Shown: positions 1 to 11,520, counted from the first letter of the stretch. The stretch: DNA of 64,000 bases from Tetramitus jugosus (GCA_937625935.1 OW569394.1:124001-188000); one strand, 5' to 3'. Translations and numbers: made by a program. Notes: generated by a model from the letters alone, not told the origin.

Positions 1-232
1 TAGATCTTAGTGTTCCTTGTGCTTCTTGTTTCTGACCAGTGACTCCACCTCTTGCTGATCAGTTGTGGACGATTCTCTAGATCTCTTTCGATCCGAGTGA
101 TTAGTTGTTGTTGGCATGATCCTTGCCCTTGCCTTTGCCATTGTTCATTCCCTTTAGATGGTAAGTTAATATTCTTGACGCGTTCTCACACAACAGCATT
201 CACATACCACAAACAATAAATAAAAAACCAGG

Positions 233-2887
233 TTAACATACATTGGTCATTTGTTCTGCTTCGTCATCCATGTCTAAACTAGCTGCTGCCATCTCCAACA
301 AATCATCAATATCTGTTGTTGAAGAAGTCGTGGCAGCAGTTGCTCTCCTTGTAGCAGCAGGAACAGTTGCCTTGTATGATTGATACATGCGCAACAAGAA
401 ATTCACCAAACTATGTTTCAACACATTTTGATTCATCATAATGGTCGTTGCCATTGCAATATTGTTATTAGCACCACCGCCTTGTTGCTGATTCAATGAA
501 GAAACAAGCACGGAGACTACGTGATCCGAATAGAATTGCAACAATCGTCTCACATTTTCATCACTTGATGATGATGATGATGATACAGATGATACAGATG
601 AAGAAAAGACTCCTTGTTCCTCCATGAACACATCAATCATTTGACCCAACCACACACTCAATTCATTCCTAAACTCTCTATAATACTCTGCTCTTCTACT
701 ACTATTACTACTGCCACCATTATTGTTATTGTTATTTTGAAGAATGAGCAATCTCAATTGATATACATGTGTTTGCACAATCTGTATCAATCGCTCTTGT
801 ATTCTCTCTGTATTGCATCTACCACTATTACTACTACTATTACTACTACTAGATGATGATGATGATGATGAATTGGAGTGCAAATGAGAAATCAATGCTT
901 CCAAATTCAAACATCTCCTCATGTACTTTTCAATCACTTGATTCCATCTCTGTCTCTCTTCCTCACTATTATTAGTAGTAGTAGTATCAGTATCAGATGT
1001 CAAGAGTTGATAGAGTGGAGTACTAATGGAATCAATGACTCCATTCCATTGATCACTCATAAACAATTGAATCCAATCGTTCATTGTGACATGAGAGAAC
1101 ACTGAATGAAACACATTTTGAATTTGTTTCATTTCTTCTTCATCATCTTCACTACTATTACTATTACTACTATTACTACTACCAGTATTAGCAGTAGTAG
1201 TAGTAGTAGTATTGTTATTGTTGTTGAGATTGGTCGTATTCAATTGTTGAAGATTGGTGGCTGCATTGGAGATGACTGTTTGTACCATGGGTGCTACACT
1301 TGAGAACCATTGACTCCATGTTGAAGTTGGATTATTACTATTGGTAGGATTGGTAGTAGTATTACGAGTGTGATTAGCTGTTGTTGTAGTATTGTTAGCA
1401 GTAGAAGGAGTAGTAGTAGTATTTCTAGGTAAGAGTGTAGGAGTAATGGTAATGGAGGAAGAAATGGTTGGTTGTTGTTGTTGTTGAGATTGTGATTGTT
1501 GAGATTGTTGAGCAGCAAGAGATGTCTGTAATCGACTCAATTGACTCGGTATTCTATCAATTTCATCCAAATTGGCATGTAAATGCAATTGAATCGGTGG
1601 AATACTATTATTACTATTGTTGAGTGAGGATTGAGATGATTGTTGTGGAATAGTGCCAACTCCTCTTGCTTGTAAATATCGATTCAAATCCAAAATCATT
1701 CGTTGAACAATGGCTACATCATTATTGTTCGAATTGTTATTACTGGTGAGTGCAGAGAACAAGTGACCTCTATTTCGTTCATAACCTTCAATAAATTGTC
1801 TCAGAATCATTCGACTATTTTGATCAAGAGGAGTAGAAGCAGCAGCAGCAGTATTCGCTGTATTATTTGCAGTATTTGTAGTGTTAGGAACAGCAGTATT
1901 GCGATTAATTACAACTGTTGCTCTTCTCACTGGTTGTTGTTGTTGTGATGGTTGTGATGGTTGTTGTGATGGTTGTTGTTGTGGTAGTGGTGGGCCATTG
2001 GATACCATTCTCACTACTTGATTCACAATTTGACCTACTACATCATTTACATTATTCGTAGCACCAGTACCACCAGTACCAGCACTACCATTTGCACCTG
2101 AATTTTGAAGTTGAGATAAATCAATGGTAAAATTATGTGTAGTGACTGTTGGTACTCCACCTACTGCAGTATTACTATTATTCGCATTCGTAGGATTTGG
2201 CATCATGAATGGAAATGGTAATTGTTGTTGTTGTTGTTGTTGATTTGGTTGCTGATTGAATGGTTGTTGTTGTTGTTGCAGTGAAGATACAGGTAATGTA
2301 ATATTTGATACAATTACATTTCCACCATTGATCATTCTTCTTACTTGTGGAGGTTGTTGTTGTTGTTGATTCATCACACTACCACTACTACTACTACTAC
2401 TAGATGATGACGATGCTGGTAGAGGTGGAGGTGGTGGATTGTTATTGACCAATAAAATCACATTGTGGTCCTGAATACCACACTCATTCAACAATGAGTC
2501 ATCTCTCAGTACCCTACCAGAAAAGATTAATCGTTGTCTGTTGATGGGTACTTGAATCTCACTCTCTATTCTCTTTTTGAGTTCCATGATGGAAATCTAG
2601 TTTTTTTGTATTTGTTCATGATGTGTAAGTTGATGATTTGATTTTTTTTTGGGTTGGAATACAAAAAAAAAGTGTGGGAAGCATACATTGTGTGGAAGGT
2701 TGTTCAATACGATTTCTCTGTGATCGACAGTTCGAACTTTGATTGTACGAAAATTGTTACTGTTATCATTATCATTCTTATTATTGTTGTTGTTGTTTTC
2801 TCCTTCATTGTTAGATGATGCTGGTGCGACGCTATCATTGCTGTTTTCATTAGTGGGGGTATTTGATGATGATGATGATGATGACAT
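233..2887 (-). CDS. Ubiquitin-like domain protein, BAG6/Scythe-like; exons 2887-2687 and 2596-233 (3' end uncertain)
   Basis: Intron 2686-2597 (GTATGC...CTAG) joins IKVRTVDHREIVLNNLPHN to ISIMELKKRIESEIQVPINRQRLIFSGRVLRDD, giving a complete N-terminal Ubl domain. A long Q/N/S low-complexity region and a helical region follow. A GTATGT donor at ~241 may add a further exon. Confidence 0.7.
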
Positions 2888-3013
2888 TGAGAATAATAGT
2901 GAGAATTGGTACAATGGATTTGGTTTTGATTTCGAAGAGCACGAGTGGAATTTGCTCTCCCCGCAGGAATTTGATCAAGAAAGGAGTAATAGGAACGGAA
3001 TATTTTTATGCAT

Positions 3014-3021
3014 TTTGGCGC
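3014..3021 (+). promoter_or_regulatory. E2F-like site TTTGGCGC just upstream of the ORC3 start
   Basis: Matches TTTSSCGC ~37 nt upstream of ATG 3058, in a ~170-bp divergent promoter. The motif is short and also occurs by chance elsewhere in the window. Confidence 0.4.
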
Positions 3022-3057
3022 CTTTACCAAAATGCGAAAGAAAAATCGAACAGAAAA

Positions 3058-5729
3058 ATGAGCGTGACACCCAATAAGAAACGGAGAATCTCTCAAGCAC
3101 TACAACAACCAGAGGAGACACCCACCACGGCTATCACTGCACCCAATCATGTCCCACTTCTCTCTCCCGCTTCCACAACTCAAATTAAAAACCCCGCTGT
3201 CAAGACAAACACAGCCAGTTTCTCCTTCTCCGCCATTCGCGCCAATTTGGCCAGAAAAAAGCGCGTTCAAAAATCGTTGAATACAAACTCGTTAGCTTCT
3301 TCGTCAGCGACTACAATCCTTCAACCCAACTATTGGGACTCTTTTATTGAGGAATCCAATGAACATGCAAGCCAATTCTGTCAAATGAGAAAAGACTGCT
3401 TCGTGCATCACATGGACATTTTGAGTGATGAGATGAATCAGATTCGAAATGTTCACAAGGGTGATGACACTGTCGTAGAAGTGGAAAAGTTTGTGATGCG
3501 AGAGTATGATGCATGGAAGGTGTTACAGCAACAAACTTGTCAAACTAATGAACAATCTTGCTTATGGTGGCTTTCATTGCCGATTGCTGTTGTTCAGTGT
3601 GATTTAGGTTAGCATTTGGTTGTGTTTTTGTATTTGTTTTTTTTGTAAAGTTGGTTTGTTTGTTTTACAATATTTTTATTTCTCCGTCACACTCATAATG
3701 ATGAACAAACAGGTGAATTGAATGAGCCGTTCAAGCTCTTTTATGAAAAGAAGAAACAAGCAAAAGGGGCCTCTGTTGAAGATGAACAAGACACACTTGT
3801 CTTTCACATTCATTCCATGCACTGCAAATCGACCACAACACTGCTAAAGTATCTACTAGAGAACGAGTTGGACCTGAACAAGGTGAAATCTCCGTCTTTT
3901 GATACCATTGTTAAATGGTATTCAGAGAGGAGAGAAGAGAGTGATGGTGCTTCATTTGCACTCGTGTTTGTATGGGATGATATTGATGCGGTGCCTCCTT
4001 CAACGCTGAATCGATGGATTGAACTCTGTCATCAAAAGTACAAGTCTGTTGCAGTGTATAATGTGTTGAGAGTAAGTCGCGTGAAGAGTGCGTCCGTCTT
4101 ACAGTCCATATTCATGTACAATGTATGTTATTTAGTTTGTTTGTAGTTGATTATTTGTAGTAGCTAAACATGTTTCTCATCATCTCATGGTTAGATTGCA
4201 GAAAAGTTGAACATTCAAGTGTTTAAGACTCAATCATCGTCTGCTCTCGTATTCTACAAGACAATCAACCAACTGTTCCTGAAGAAGAATTCAAAGTGTT
4301 ATGTCCGACCAGGCTATCACATGTTAAAGTTCATGTTTGATTACTTTCATCAGAAATCAACATCGAACAAGGATTTTAAGAATCAAATCAAGGTATGAAG
4401 TATTTGTCTTTAGATTTATTGTTCATTATATTTCTTATCATTTTCTTTAACACCTTCTTGTTTCAGTTCATGTTAGAGTTCTTCTATCAACAGGAGCCCT
4501 TGTCTTTCATGCCGGCTGTGTTGTTCCGATTCACACCTGGTCATGCTTCTCACAAAATGGTCCTTGACTCCTTGTTACCATTTCACAAGCGTCGATTGTG
4601 CCAATTCCCTTCAGTGTATGTATTATTGTTGTCTCATTAATTGACCGATCGAAACATGCTATTAACACTGCATACATGCACTGTCATACACTAGTCGAAT
4701 GACTTATGATGAAAAGGTTTTCCATGAGAGCTTCAATGAGATGACAACATCGGCATATCTACACTTTTTGTTTATTCCTCATCTCATCAACTTGATTGAG
4801 AAACTGTATCGCTCGGTCATCATGGGCGAGATTGGTGAATCAATGACTCCACGCACAAGTGAAGATGAAGATGAAGAGATATTATTGCTTCGTATCAATA
4901 TTTACTTGTCTGTCATGGAGAAGAAGGACATTGGAAAGAGTGCATTTGTTGTTCAAGTGTTTAAGACACTAGAGTATGTTATCTGTTCATTTCTTTATTG
5001 TCGTATCTTCTTTAGCTAACAAACTTTGTACTTAGAAATTGTACTGCAATTGACACAATTGTTCACGTCTTGTCCGTTTGTACATCCTTCCTGCATGAAC
5101 TGAATAATGAACCGTTGTTGAAGGGTCAATTGGAAGATGCAGAAGAGGACATGAAGAAGATAAATGATTCGATGATGAACACCTTCTCTGAAATGAATCA
5201 TGATACCGCACAAACTTCCACGAAGAAACAAAAAACTCAAGTCAAGCAACTTGTTGTCTTCCTTTACAAATTCTTTAATGACTACTACACTCATTACAGA
5301 GACTTCCACATGTGGGAACTGTTTTACTTTGATGTGACAGATGTAGAGCAATTTTTCTCTCGTTCTATATGCTCGATGCAGATGGATCTCTTGAAACGAG
5401 TGACTGAGAGCATTGCCGATAGCAGTATGAGTGATGATGAGGAAGAGAGCCAAGACGAGAATGATGACGAAGAAAAGCAGAGCAAGAAGAAGATGAACCT
5501 GACAAAGGATTTGGCAATTGGGTATGCCACGTATAAGAACTGTGGAGAATCGAGCAGACAATTCCACATGCTTGAATGGTTGGATCAATTCGCAAGACAC
5601 ATTGGTGAATCAAAGGACAGCGACGGCGTTCAGGCAAGATTTGCACTGGTTGTTCGATCCATGATGCACACAGGCTACGTCAAAGGAGTCAATAATCAAC
5701 CCTGGGTATTTGAGAAACAACTCTTGTAA
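3058..5729 (+). CDS. ORC3: Origin recognition complex subunit 3 (divergent); exons 3058-3607, 3713-4122, 4195-4392, 4467-4615, 4695-4973, 5036-5729
   Basis: Five GT-AG introns join the ORF fragments in frame. The spliced protein has LPIAVV, LVFVWDDIDAVPPSTLNRWI, LNIQVFKT, LKFMFDYFHQKSTSNKDFKNQIKFMLEFFYQQEPLSF and C-terminal QARFALVVRSMMHTGYVK. These parallel the ORC3 AAA-like and winged-helix motifs (cf. VVILKDMESF...EHFYSQPLS...HARFIRAVSELELLGFIK). Confidence 0.78.
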
Positions 5730-5812
5730 ACATTACACCTGCGAAAAAAAGAAAGTGCAACATTCCCTTGATTGTATTCTACTATTTATCATAATATAAT
5801 ATTATATTCATT

Positions 5813-7309
5813 TTACAATTCGTCGTGAACCAATTCCTTGGCAGCAACAGCGTGCTTCTTCACGAATGCAATCATATCGGCTGCAGTTCTGTCACCTTCG
5901 TAGGCGATTGGAGCCTTCTTGCCAGCTGGGTAGAAGTACAGGGTTGGGAATCCTTGAACTTCAACACCAGCGTTTGGTGTGTCATTCTCAGTAGCATCAA
6001 TCTTGGCAATGATCAATTTGTCTTGAGGGACAGAGCTGAATGCCTTTGCAACTTCTTCGTATTGTGGAGCCAAAGTCTTACAGTGACCACACCATGGAGC
6101 ATAGAACTCAACAAAGACGTCTCTGTCTTCGTTCAAGACAATTTCGTCAAAGTTCTTTCCAACAAGGACGTACACTGGTTCGTCTTGAGTCTCAGGAACT
6201 GGTTGAGATCTGAGGTTTGGTTGAATCTCACCGCTGGCAACACCTTGGATGAAAGCAGAGATTTCATCAGCCTTCCACTCACCAGTGTATGGGAAGTTTG
6301 TTCTCTTTTCAAGGTTCATAATGGCAATACCTGGCAATTGTTCTGGATTTCCACCCATCACCTTGTATTGTTCACCATAAATGTCACCGTCAGAGTAGGT
6401 CAAGGAGACCTTTCCGTCCAACTTTTCATCCTTTGCGACTTCATTCATCAAATCAATAGTCTTCTTCTTCATGTCTTCATCGCTAAACTTGGTGAATGCA
6501 ATGACGATTGGAAGTCCGGCATCTGCGAATCTTGTAAAGGTTTCACCGCTCAATTCATCAACCTTTGGGAATCCCTTGCTAATGACAAAAGAAGCAATGT
6601 GATCAAAGTCAGCAGTGTCAACAGAAGCATCTTCAAAGTATGGATGAACTTCATATTGTTCCTTTTCAATGTTGGAGTCACCAACGACTTCAGCAAACAA
6701 GAAACCGTCAAGCTTTGGCTCATCAGCAGCAGCCAAAAACTTTTGACGATTCTCCGAATCGGCGCTCAAAAATTGACCAATGACAATAGTTGTAGTGGCA
6801 GAAGCAGCGCGCTTTTCAGTGACGAAAGCTTTTGCTTCTTCCAAAGATTTGAGAGAAACGGTGCTTGGTCCAGTCTTCTTGATCAAGAAATTCTTGAAAG
6901 CTTCAGCAGTACGTGGTCCATCATAATCCTTGAACAACTTTCCATTCTTGAGGAGCTTAATTGTTGGGAAACCTTGGACACCAAACTTGGAAGGAACACC
7001 TTGATTCACATCACAATCAATCTTTGCAATGGTCACCTTGTCTTTGAGTTGAGGATCTTCAGAAACTTCCTTTGCCAATTGTTCATATGGAGGAACAAGC
7101 TTCTTGCAATGTGGGCACCATGGAGCATAGAACTCAACAAGTGCGTATTCTGTGTTTGACAATTGTTCGTCAAAAGTGGCCTCTGAGAGGTTGATGACAA
7201 GGGAGCCTTCTGGGGTGAATTCAGCATCGTCAGCTGCAGCGGCAGCAACTGACATGGCAGTGAAGAAAAGGGCGATCAGTGCCAACAGCAAAAATCTAGA
7301 TACCATCAT
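5813..7309 (-). CDS. PDI: Protein disulfide-isomerase (a-b-b'-a')
   Basis: Signal peptide; active sites FYAPWCPHCK and FYAPWCGHCK; GFPT motifs; C-terminal HDEL. Confidence 0.97.
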   Translation of the reverse strand: MMVSRFLLLALIALFFTAMSVAAAAADDAEFTPEGSLVINLSEATFDEQLSNTEYALVEFYAPWCPHCKKLVPPYEQLAKEVSEDPQLKDKVTIAKIDCDVNQGVPSKFGVQGFPTIKLLKNGKLFKDYDGPRTAEAFKNFLIKKTGPSTVSLKSLEEAKAFVTEKRAASATTTIVIGQFLSADSENRQKFLAAADEPKLDGFLFAEVVGDSNIEKEQYEVHPYFEDASVDTADFDHIASFVISKGFPKVDELSGETFTRFADAGLPIVIAFTKFSDEDMKKKTIDLMNEVAKDEKLDGKVSLTYSDGDIYGEQYKVMGGNPEQLPGIAIMNLEKRTNFPYTGEWKADEISAFIQGVASGEIQPNLRSQPVPETQDEPVYVLVGKNFDEIVLNEDRDVFVEFYAPWCGHCKTLAPQYEEVAKAFSSVPQDKLIIAKIDATENDTPNAGVEVQGFPTLYFYPAGKKAPIAYEGDRTAADMIAFVKKHAVAAKELVHDEL

Positions 7310-7552
7310 GGTTTGTTGTGTTTCTTATTGATAATAATAATGTTGGTTTGTTTTGATTGATCGTTTGTTGTTTTTCGAGCTGCTGATGAAGGTTGCAGAG
7401 TGTGTGATGCTCCTGCTTGCTGGGAGGAGTCCTTGCAATGTCGCATGTCAAAAAAAGGCTCATAAAACTCCAAGGTGTTCTGTTGATGGATCACAAGCAA
7501 GAATAGATTTCTGCGCAATGTTGTTACAATGAAATTTCTTTTTCAGCGAAGC

Positions 7553-7654
7553 CACGTGGTCAAATTTGGCGGGCTCACATCGAATACAGAAGGAAAACTC
7601 CCATAAAATGACTTCCCCAGAGGACTTTCGGTGAAGGAAACAACACGTGGTCAA
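7553..7654. promoter_or_regulatory. Two exact copies of CACGTGGTCAA (7553-7563, 7644-7654) upstream of PDI; candidate ER-stress/bZIP element
   Basis: An 11-mer with a CACGTG core is repeated 91 nt apart, about 245-345 nt upstream of the PDI ATG. Confidence 0.4.
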
Positions 7655-7752
7655 CCTTGCCGGACAATGTTCAAGAATCAAAGAACAAGTGTCAGTCGAT
7701 TCGGTCGTAGACCAATTCGTCCTTTTACTGTAAACCTGGTCGGCATCTTCTG

Positions 7753-8459
7753 TCATCCCGATTTCTGGGGAACTGTCGTGTGGTGGGGCACCTTTGTCAC
7801 CGGCAATACAACAGGAGGTGTATTAACGGAGAAATTCGAAGGTTTTAGCTTTCTTTGCAACCAATCAAGCAACAAGGGCTTAAAATTCTGCTGCACAGTC
7901 AATGAATTGACATTATGCTTCATGCGAACCATGAGGAACCGCGTGTGAGCAACCAACTTACCACCTATAGCTCTACAGTGCTCTTCACACAATTGATTCA
8001 TCATCTTTGCAGACAGCATCTGGATGGGTATTTTCTTCAGCGCACAAGCAGCACTCAAAAAAGGCAAAAGTTGTCGGTTGCTATTCGTATCATCGTCGTT
8101 CAACACAAAAACAACGATATAAAAATCTTCTTCTTGCGCTTGCTGAAAAGCTTTTTCAATATGCTTGTTTTTCTGTAGTTGAATGAGATGATGAGAGCTC
8201 ATCGTCATCATGATTGGCATGGATTCCAGTTGTTTCATCACTTGGTTAAAACCAATGATAAAATGGGCATTGGCAACACTAATAATGATTCGATGGAAGT
8301 CAGTGAAAGAAAAAAATGATCATGATTTTAAAAAAGAAGTGTGTACTTTTGAAGAGTGTATTGAATAATTGGTTCAGTTTCATCATCTATCGTGGATGTG
8401 ATGAGATGTTGGTGCTGTACATGATTGAGACTGCTGTTGGTGTGCAAAGAGTATTTCAT
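7753..8459 (-). CDS. L7Ae-fold protein, RNase P/MRP Rpp38/Pop3-like; exons 8459-8347 and 8278-7753
   Basis: Intron 8346-8279 (GTACAC...TTAG) gives ...TLQNVANAHFIIGFNQVMKQLE...IVVFVLND...LLPFLSAACALKKIPIQML, the L7Ae 'IGxNxVxKxLE' pattern. Confidence 0.6.
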
Positions 8460-8568
8460 TTCTGGCCCATAATTTGTATGTTCGATTTTTAGCAAGAACA
8501 AAAACAATGTTAATATTTCTCCGATTTTTTTTAGATGATAAAATCAAAGGGTGATAATACAACAACAA

Positions 8569-8642
8569 GCGGGTTTGGCGCAGCTGGTAGTCGCGTAGGT
8601 CTCATAATCCTAAGGTCGTGAGTTCGATCCTCACAACCCGCA
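8569..8642 (+). tRNA. tRNA-Met(CAT), elongator type
   Basis: Acceptor stem GCGGGTT/AACCCGC; A-box TGGCGCAGCTGG; anticodon arm TAGGT-CTCATAA-TCCTA with U31-U39; T arm GTGAG-TTCGATC-CTCAC; T-runs downstream. G1-C72 and a TTC T-loop argue against initiator. Confidence 0.95.
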
Positions 8643-8730
8643 TGATTATTTTTCGTTTTTGGCAATTTGTTGGCCATGGATCCAAAAAACAATCACAATC
8701 TGAACCAACTCTGTTATCGATCGATATCCA

Positions 8731-10023
8731 ATGGATTTCACTCACTTTTCCTCCAATTATCTCGAAGCACGTGACAAATTCCGTACCGCCTCTCAATCTG
8801 CCAAAATCTATGATTGCCTATTTTTGACTTGTATTGAAAATGGCGCCAATGAAATTTACGACAAGGGTGTGCACCATGAGCCAAAAGAAGTGAAACGAAG
8901 GGGAATTCAAGGTGAAGAGCTCACAATAGATATCGCAGTGTTCGGCAATGTACAAAACCCAAGATTTATTCAAATTCACTCCAGTGGCCTCCATGGAGTC
9001 GAAGGTTATGCAGGCTCTGCCATTCAACTGCACTTGTTAAAGGAGAAGCTGCATGAGCTGAACCAAGGATCAAGTAAAAAGCAAGGTCCAGTTGACGGTG
9101 AGCAACATGATGGTGTCAATAGTGAAGGAAACGATGGTGACACATGCATCATCTTTGTTCACGGTCTCAATCCCTATGGCATGTCCTATCACAGGAGATG
9201 GAATGAGAACAATGTGGATCTCAATCGAAACTTTTTCTACTCTGAGTTGCACAACACTCGTCAATGCTTAAATGTGCAGTCACCATATGAGAAGAGAGGC
9301 ACTTCGACTGGTTATGATCAGTTGGATTCCATTATTAATGTGAAATTGAGCAATATGGGCATGTTTGATGGTGTTTCGTTTTATACGAAGGCGGCTGCCG
9401 TCACCTACCGCGCTGGTTTCTCCAATGTGAAACAAGCATTGGCAGAAGGACAAAACAAGTATCCTTGTGGCCTGTTTTATGGTGGTAACCGGTTGGAACA
9501 AGGCCCAAGACTCTTCATGGAGTGGCTCGAGAGATTTTTGTCGAATAGCGATATGAAGTCTGTTGAAAAGTGCATTCATATTGATATTCACACTGGTTTG
9601 GGAACATTCGGTGAAGACACATTGCTGTTTGGATCGAATCACGCATCAGAAGTTCCCCTGCTCAACCAAGCATTCGGTTCAGATCGTGTCTCCATTTCAC
9701 AAAAGGAAAATTTGGCATATGAAATTGTTGGTGGTATAGAGCATGGATTGGGCGACTTGTTTGCTGCCAGAAACATAAAGTATTATGGCATTTGTCAAGA
9801 ATATGGCACTTACAATGGAGTGTCCGTTGTCAAGGCACTGAGATGGGAGAATGCTGCTTGGCAAGAGTTGGGAGAGCGCATGAGTGTGGATCATGAAGCA
9901 AAGAAAAATGTATTGAAAACATTTTATGTTATGGATGACCTGCAGTGGAAGACCAAAGTGTTGACTCGCGGTCAAATCGTATTTATTCAGTCACTTCGGA
10001 TGCTCACAACACCAAATAATTAG
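8731..10023 (+). CDS. DUF2817 / M14-like zinc carboxypeptidase-family protein
   Basis: FSSNYLEARDKF, SSGLHGVEGYAGSAIQ, VHGLNPYG, NENNVDLNRNF, GLFYGG and HIDIHTGLG motifs; intronless. Confidence 0.85.
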   Translation: MDFTHFSSNYLEARDKFRTASQSAKIYDCLFLTCIENGANEIYDKGVHHEPKEVKRRGIQGEELTIDIAVFGNVQNPRFIQIHSSGLHGVEGYAGSAIQLHLLKEKLHELNQGSSKKQGPVDGEQHDGVNSEGNDGDTCIIFVHGLNPYGMSYHRRWNENNVDLNRNFFYSELHNTRQCLNVQSPYEKRGTSTGYDQLDSIINVKLSNMGMFDGVSFYTKAAAVTYRAGFSNVKQALAEGQNKYPCGLFYGGNRLEQGPRLFMEWLERFLSNSDMKSVEKCIHIDIHTGLGTFGEDTLLFGSNHASEVPLLNQAFGSDRVSISQKENLAYEIVGGIEHGLGDLFAARNIKYYGICQEYGTYNGVSVVKALRWENAAWQELGERMSVDHEAKKNVLKTFYVMDDLQWKTKVLTRGQIVFIQSLRMLTTPNN

Positions 10024-10128
10024 CTGACTGGCGATCTATATATTTTCACGGAATCGATTACAACAATTTTTGCTCGAATACAACAACATTTATATCTTAC
10101 AATAAACTTTTAATTTTTACATGAGGTT

Positions 10129-10737
10129 TTATTGTGCTTCAACTGTTTCCTTGATCGAATCTTGATGATTGATAAAGGAAGAGAGACGAGGATTACTCGT
10201 CGTGTTCTGATCCCACTTGCTCAAAATGGCTTCCACATGCTCTCTGTCATCGAAGAAGATTTCTCTCAGAGCTTCATGCATATCCACCGTCTTCTTGGTC
10301 TTTGGATTGAACATGGCCAATCTAGCATAACCTCTGCCAACAAATCTTCCCTTTACGTAGCATGTATGTTCAAAGTGCATCCACTTTGGATCAACGCCCA
10401 TGATTCTCGTCCTTGTTTCAATTGTTTGGAACAGAGCGACTTCCCTTCTGTATTGGAAGCTAACGCCCGCCAAAACAAAACCGTAGTTTTTCTTGAGCGC
10501 GTACTGATTAATTCCGCATTCCATTCCATAGCGATTTCTGGAAAATTCAAGCACCGTAAAGTACACACTGTTGTTCATGTGCAGATTCATATCTAGGTTA
10601 CTGAACAGACATGTGTAGTAGCCCTTGTGCTCATAATCTGGAGATATGAGCTTTCTTCTCTCTTCGAGGTCTATTTGCTTGTTATAGTAGAGGAAATAGA
10701 CAATCCATTCCCAGACGACTCTTATCCAGTAGTTCAT
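10129..10737 (-). CDS. Hotdog-fold thioesterase, THEM6/4HBT-like
   Basis: LDMNLHMNNSVYF and FQYRREVALFQ...TRIMGVDPKWMHFEH motifs. Confidence 0.85.
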   Translation of the reverse strand: MNYWIRVVWEWIVYFLYYNKQIDLEERRKLISPDYEHKGYYTCLFSNLDMNLHMNNSVYFTVLEFSRNRYGMECGINQYALKKNYGFVLAGVSFQYRREVALFQTIETRTRIMGVDPKWMHFEHTCYVKGRFVGRGYARLAMFNPKTKKTVDMHEALREIFFDDREHVEAILSKWDQNTTSNPRLSSFINHQDSIKETVEAQ

Positions 10738-11012
10738 TATGATTCAAGTTGTTAAATTTGGTACCAATGTGCTTTGGTTCTTCTTGCTTTGTTTTGGCTA
10801 CTTCATGTCATGAAAGAACCAGAATTTAAGCTCTTGGAGGGGAAAATTCCTCTTGGCGCAAATTCGTGGAGAATTTCAGGAGAATAGAGAATGACGCAGA
10901 CAGCGTTTTGTTCCATTGTTCCGCGCAAGCAATGACGTCAGTTTCGGGAGCGAATACACTTAGGTTGGTGAGGTGGAATTTCGATTGGGTGTTGGAATAC
11001 ATTTTCTAATAC

Positions 11013-11520
11013 AGGGAAGATTGCGTTCGGTTGTTTCACCAACAGAAAGGACGGTGTGCGGTTAGCAATGTTGTCATGACCTTCCAACGAACTGCACCGA
11101 ACGTTACACCAAACTTGAAGAGAGATGGCGGCACAATTGTCTGCAAAGCGCCATGAATCACCTGAGGCCTTCATTCTCTCGCTTTGCAATGTAAGTCTTG
11201 TCAAATCAGATGAACAAAGGACTCAGCGGAAACGACCTAAGTTTATTCAACACTGCATCGACCTCTACCATCAACAAAACGGTCGTTGTAGCATCAGTGG
11301 GGTGCCAATGAAGCATGTCGCCGAGAAGGCTGTTCCTTATCAAATCTCCATCAGTCGAATTGACAAACAACAAGGTTGCCCGGTAACGTTCGCTTGGTGT
11401 GTCACTATGCTTCGAACGCCATTGGAGACAGTGGTCTGGATGCCTTCTACTACTTTGCCAAGCAGATTTGTTTGGCTGCCAACATTCCACAAGACACTAG
11501 AATGGAGAAGACGATGAGAA
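11013..11520 (+). pseudogene. Frameshifted relic of a repeated HNH/endonuclease-VII-like nuclease of phage/giant-virus type
   Basis: Repeat 1 is CVRLFHQQKGRCAVSNVVMTF (from 11013). Repeat 2 is CIDLYHQQNGRCSISGVPM...QISISRIDKQQG, then a frameshift at ~11375 into PGNVRLVCHYASNAIG. Confidence 0.65.

Noticed and set aside
550-2440. Trinucleotide arrays as satellites or CRISPR
   Set aside because: They are coding homopolymer tracts (Q, N, S, T). No repeat-spacer array exists in the window.
5825-7159. 444-aa plus-strand ORF
   Set aside because: Antisense shadow of the codon-biased PDI gene, with no motifs. The same applies to the many short ORFs overlapping GDI, the giant gene and the low-complexity genes.
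7711-7740. U5 snRNA loop-like CCTTTTAC
   Set aside because: Lacks the invariant GCCTTTTAC, the closing stem and an Sm site.
11281-11300. GGTCGTTGTAGCATCAGTGG as the missing tRNA 5' half
   Set aside because: It complements the acceptor strand, but D-arm spacing is wrong, there is no anticodon stem, and it encodes the conserved GRCSISG nuclease motif.
11360-11385. Programmed -1 frameshift in the nuclease relic
   Set aside because: No slippery heptamer; the missing conserved residue points to a small deletion.
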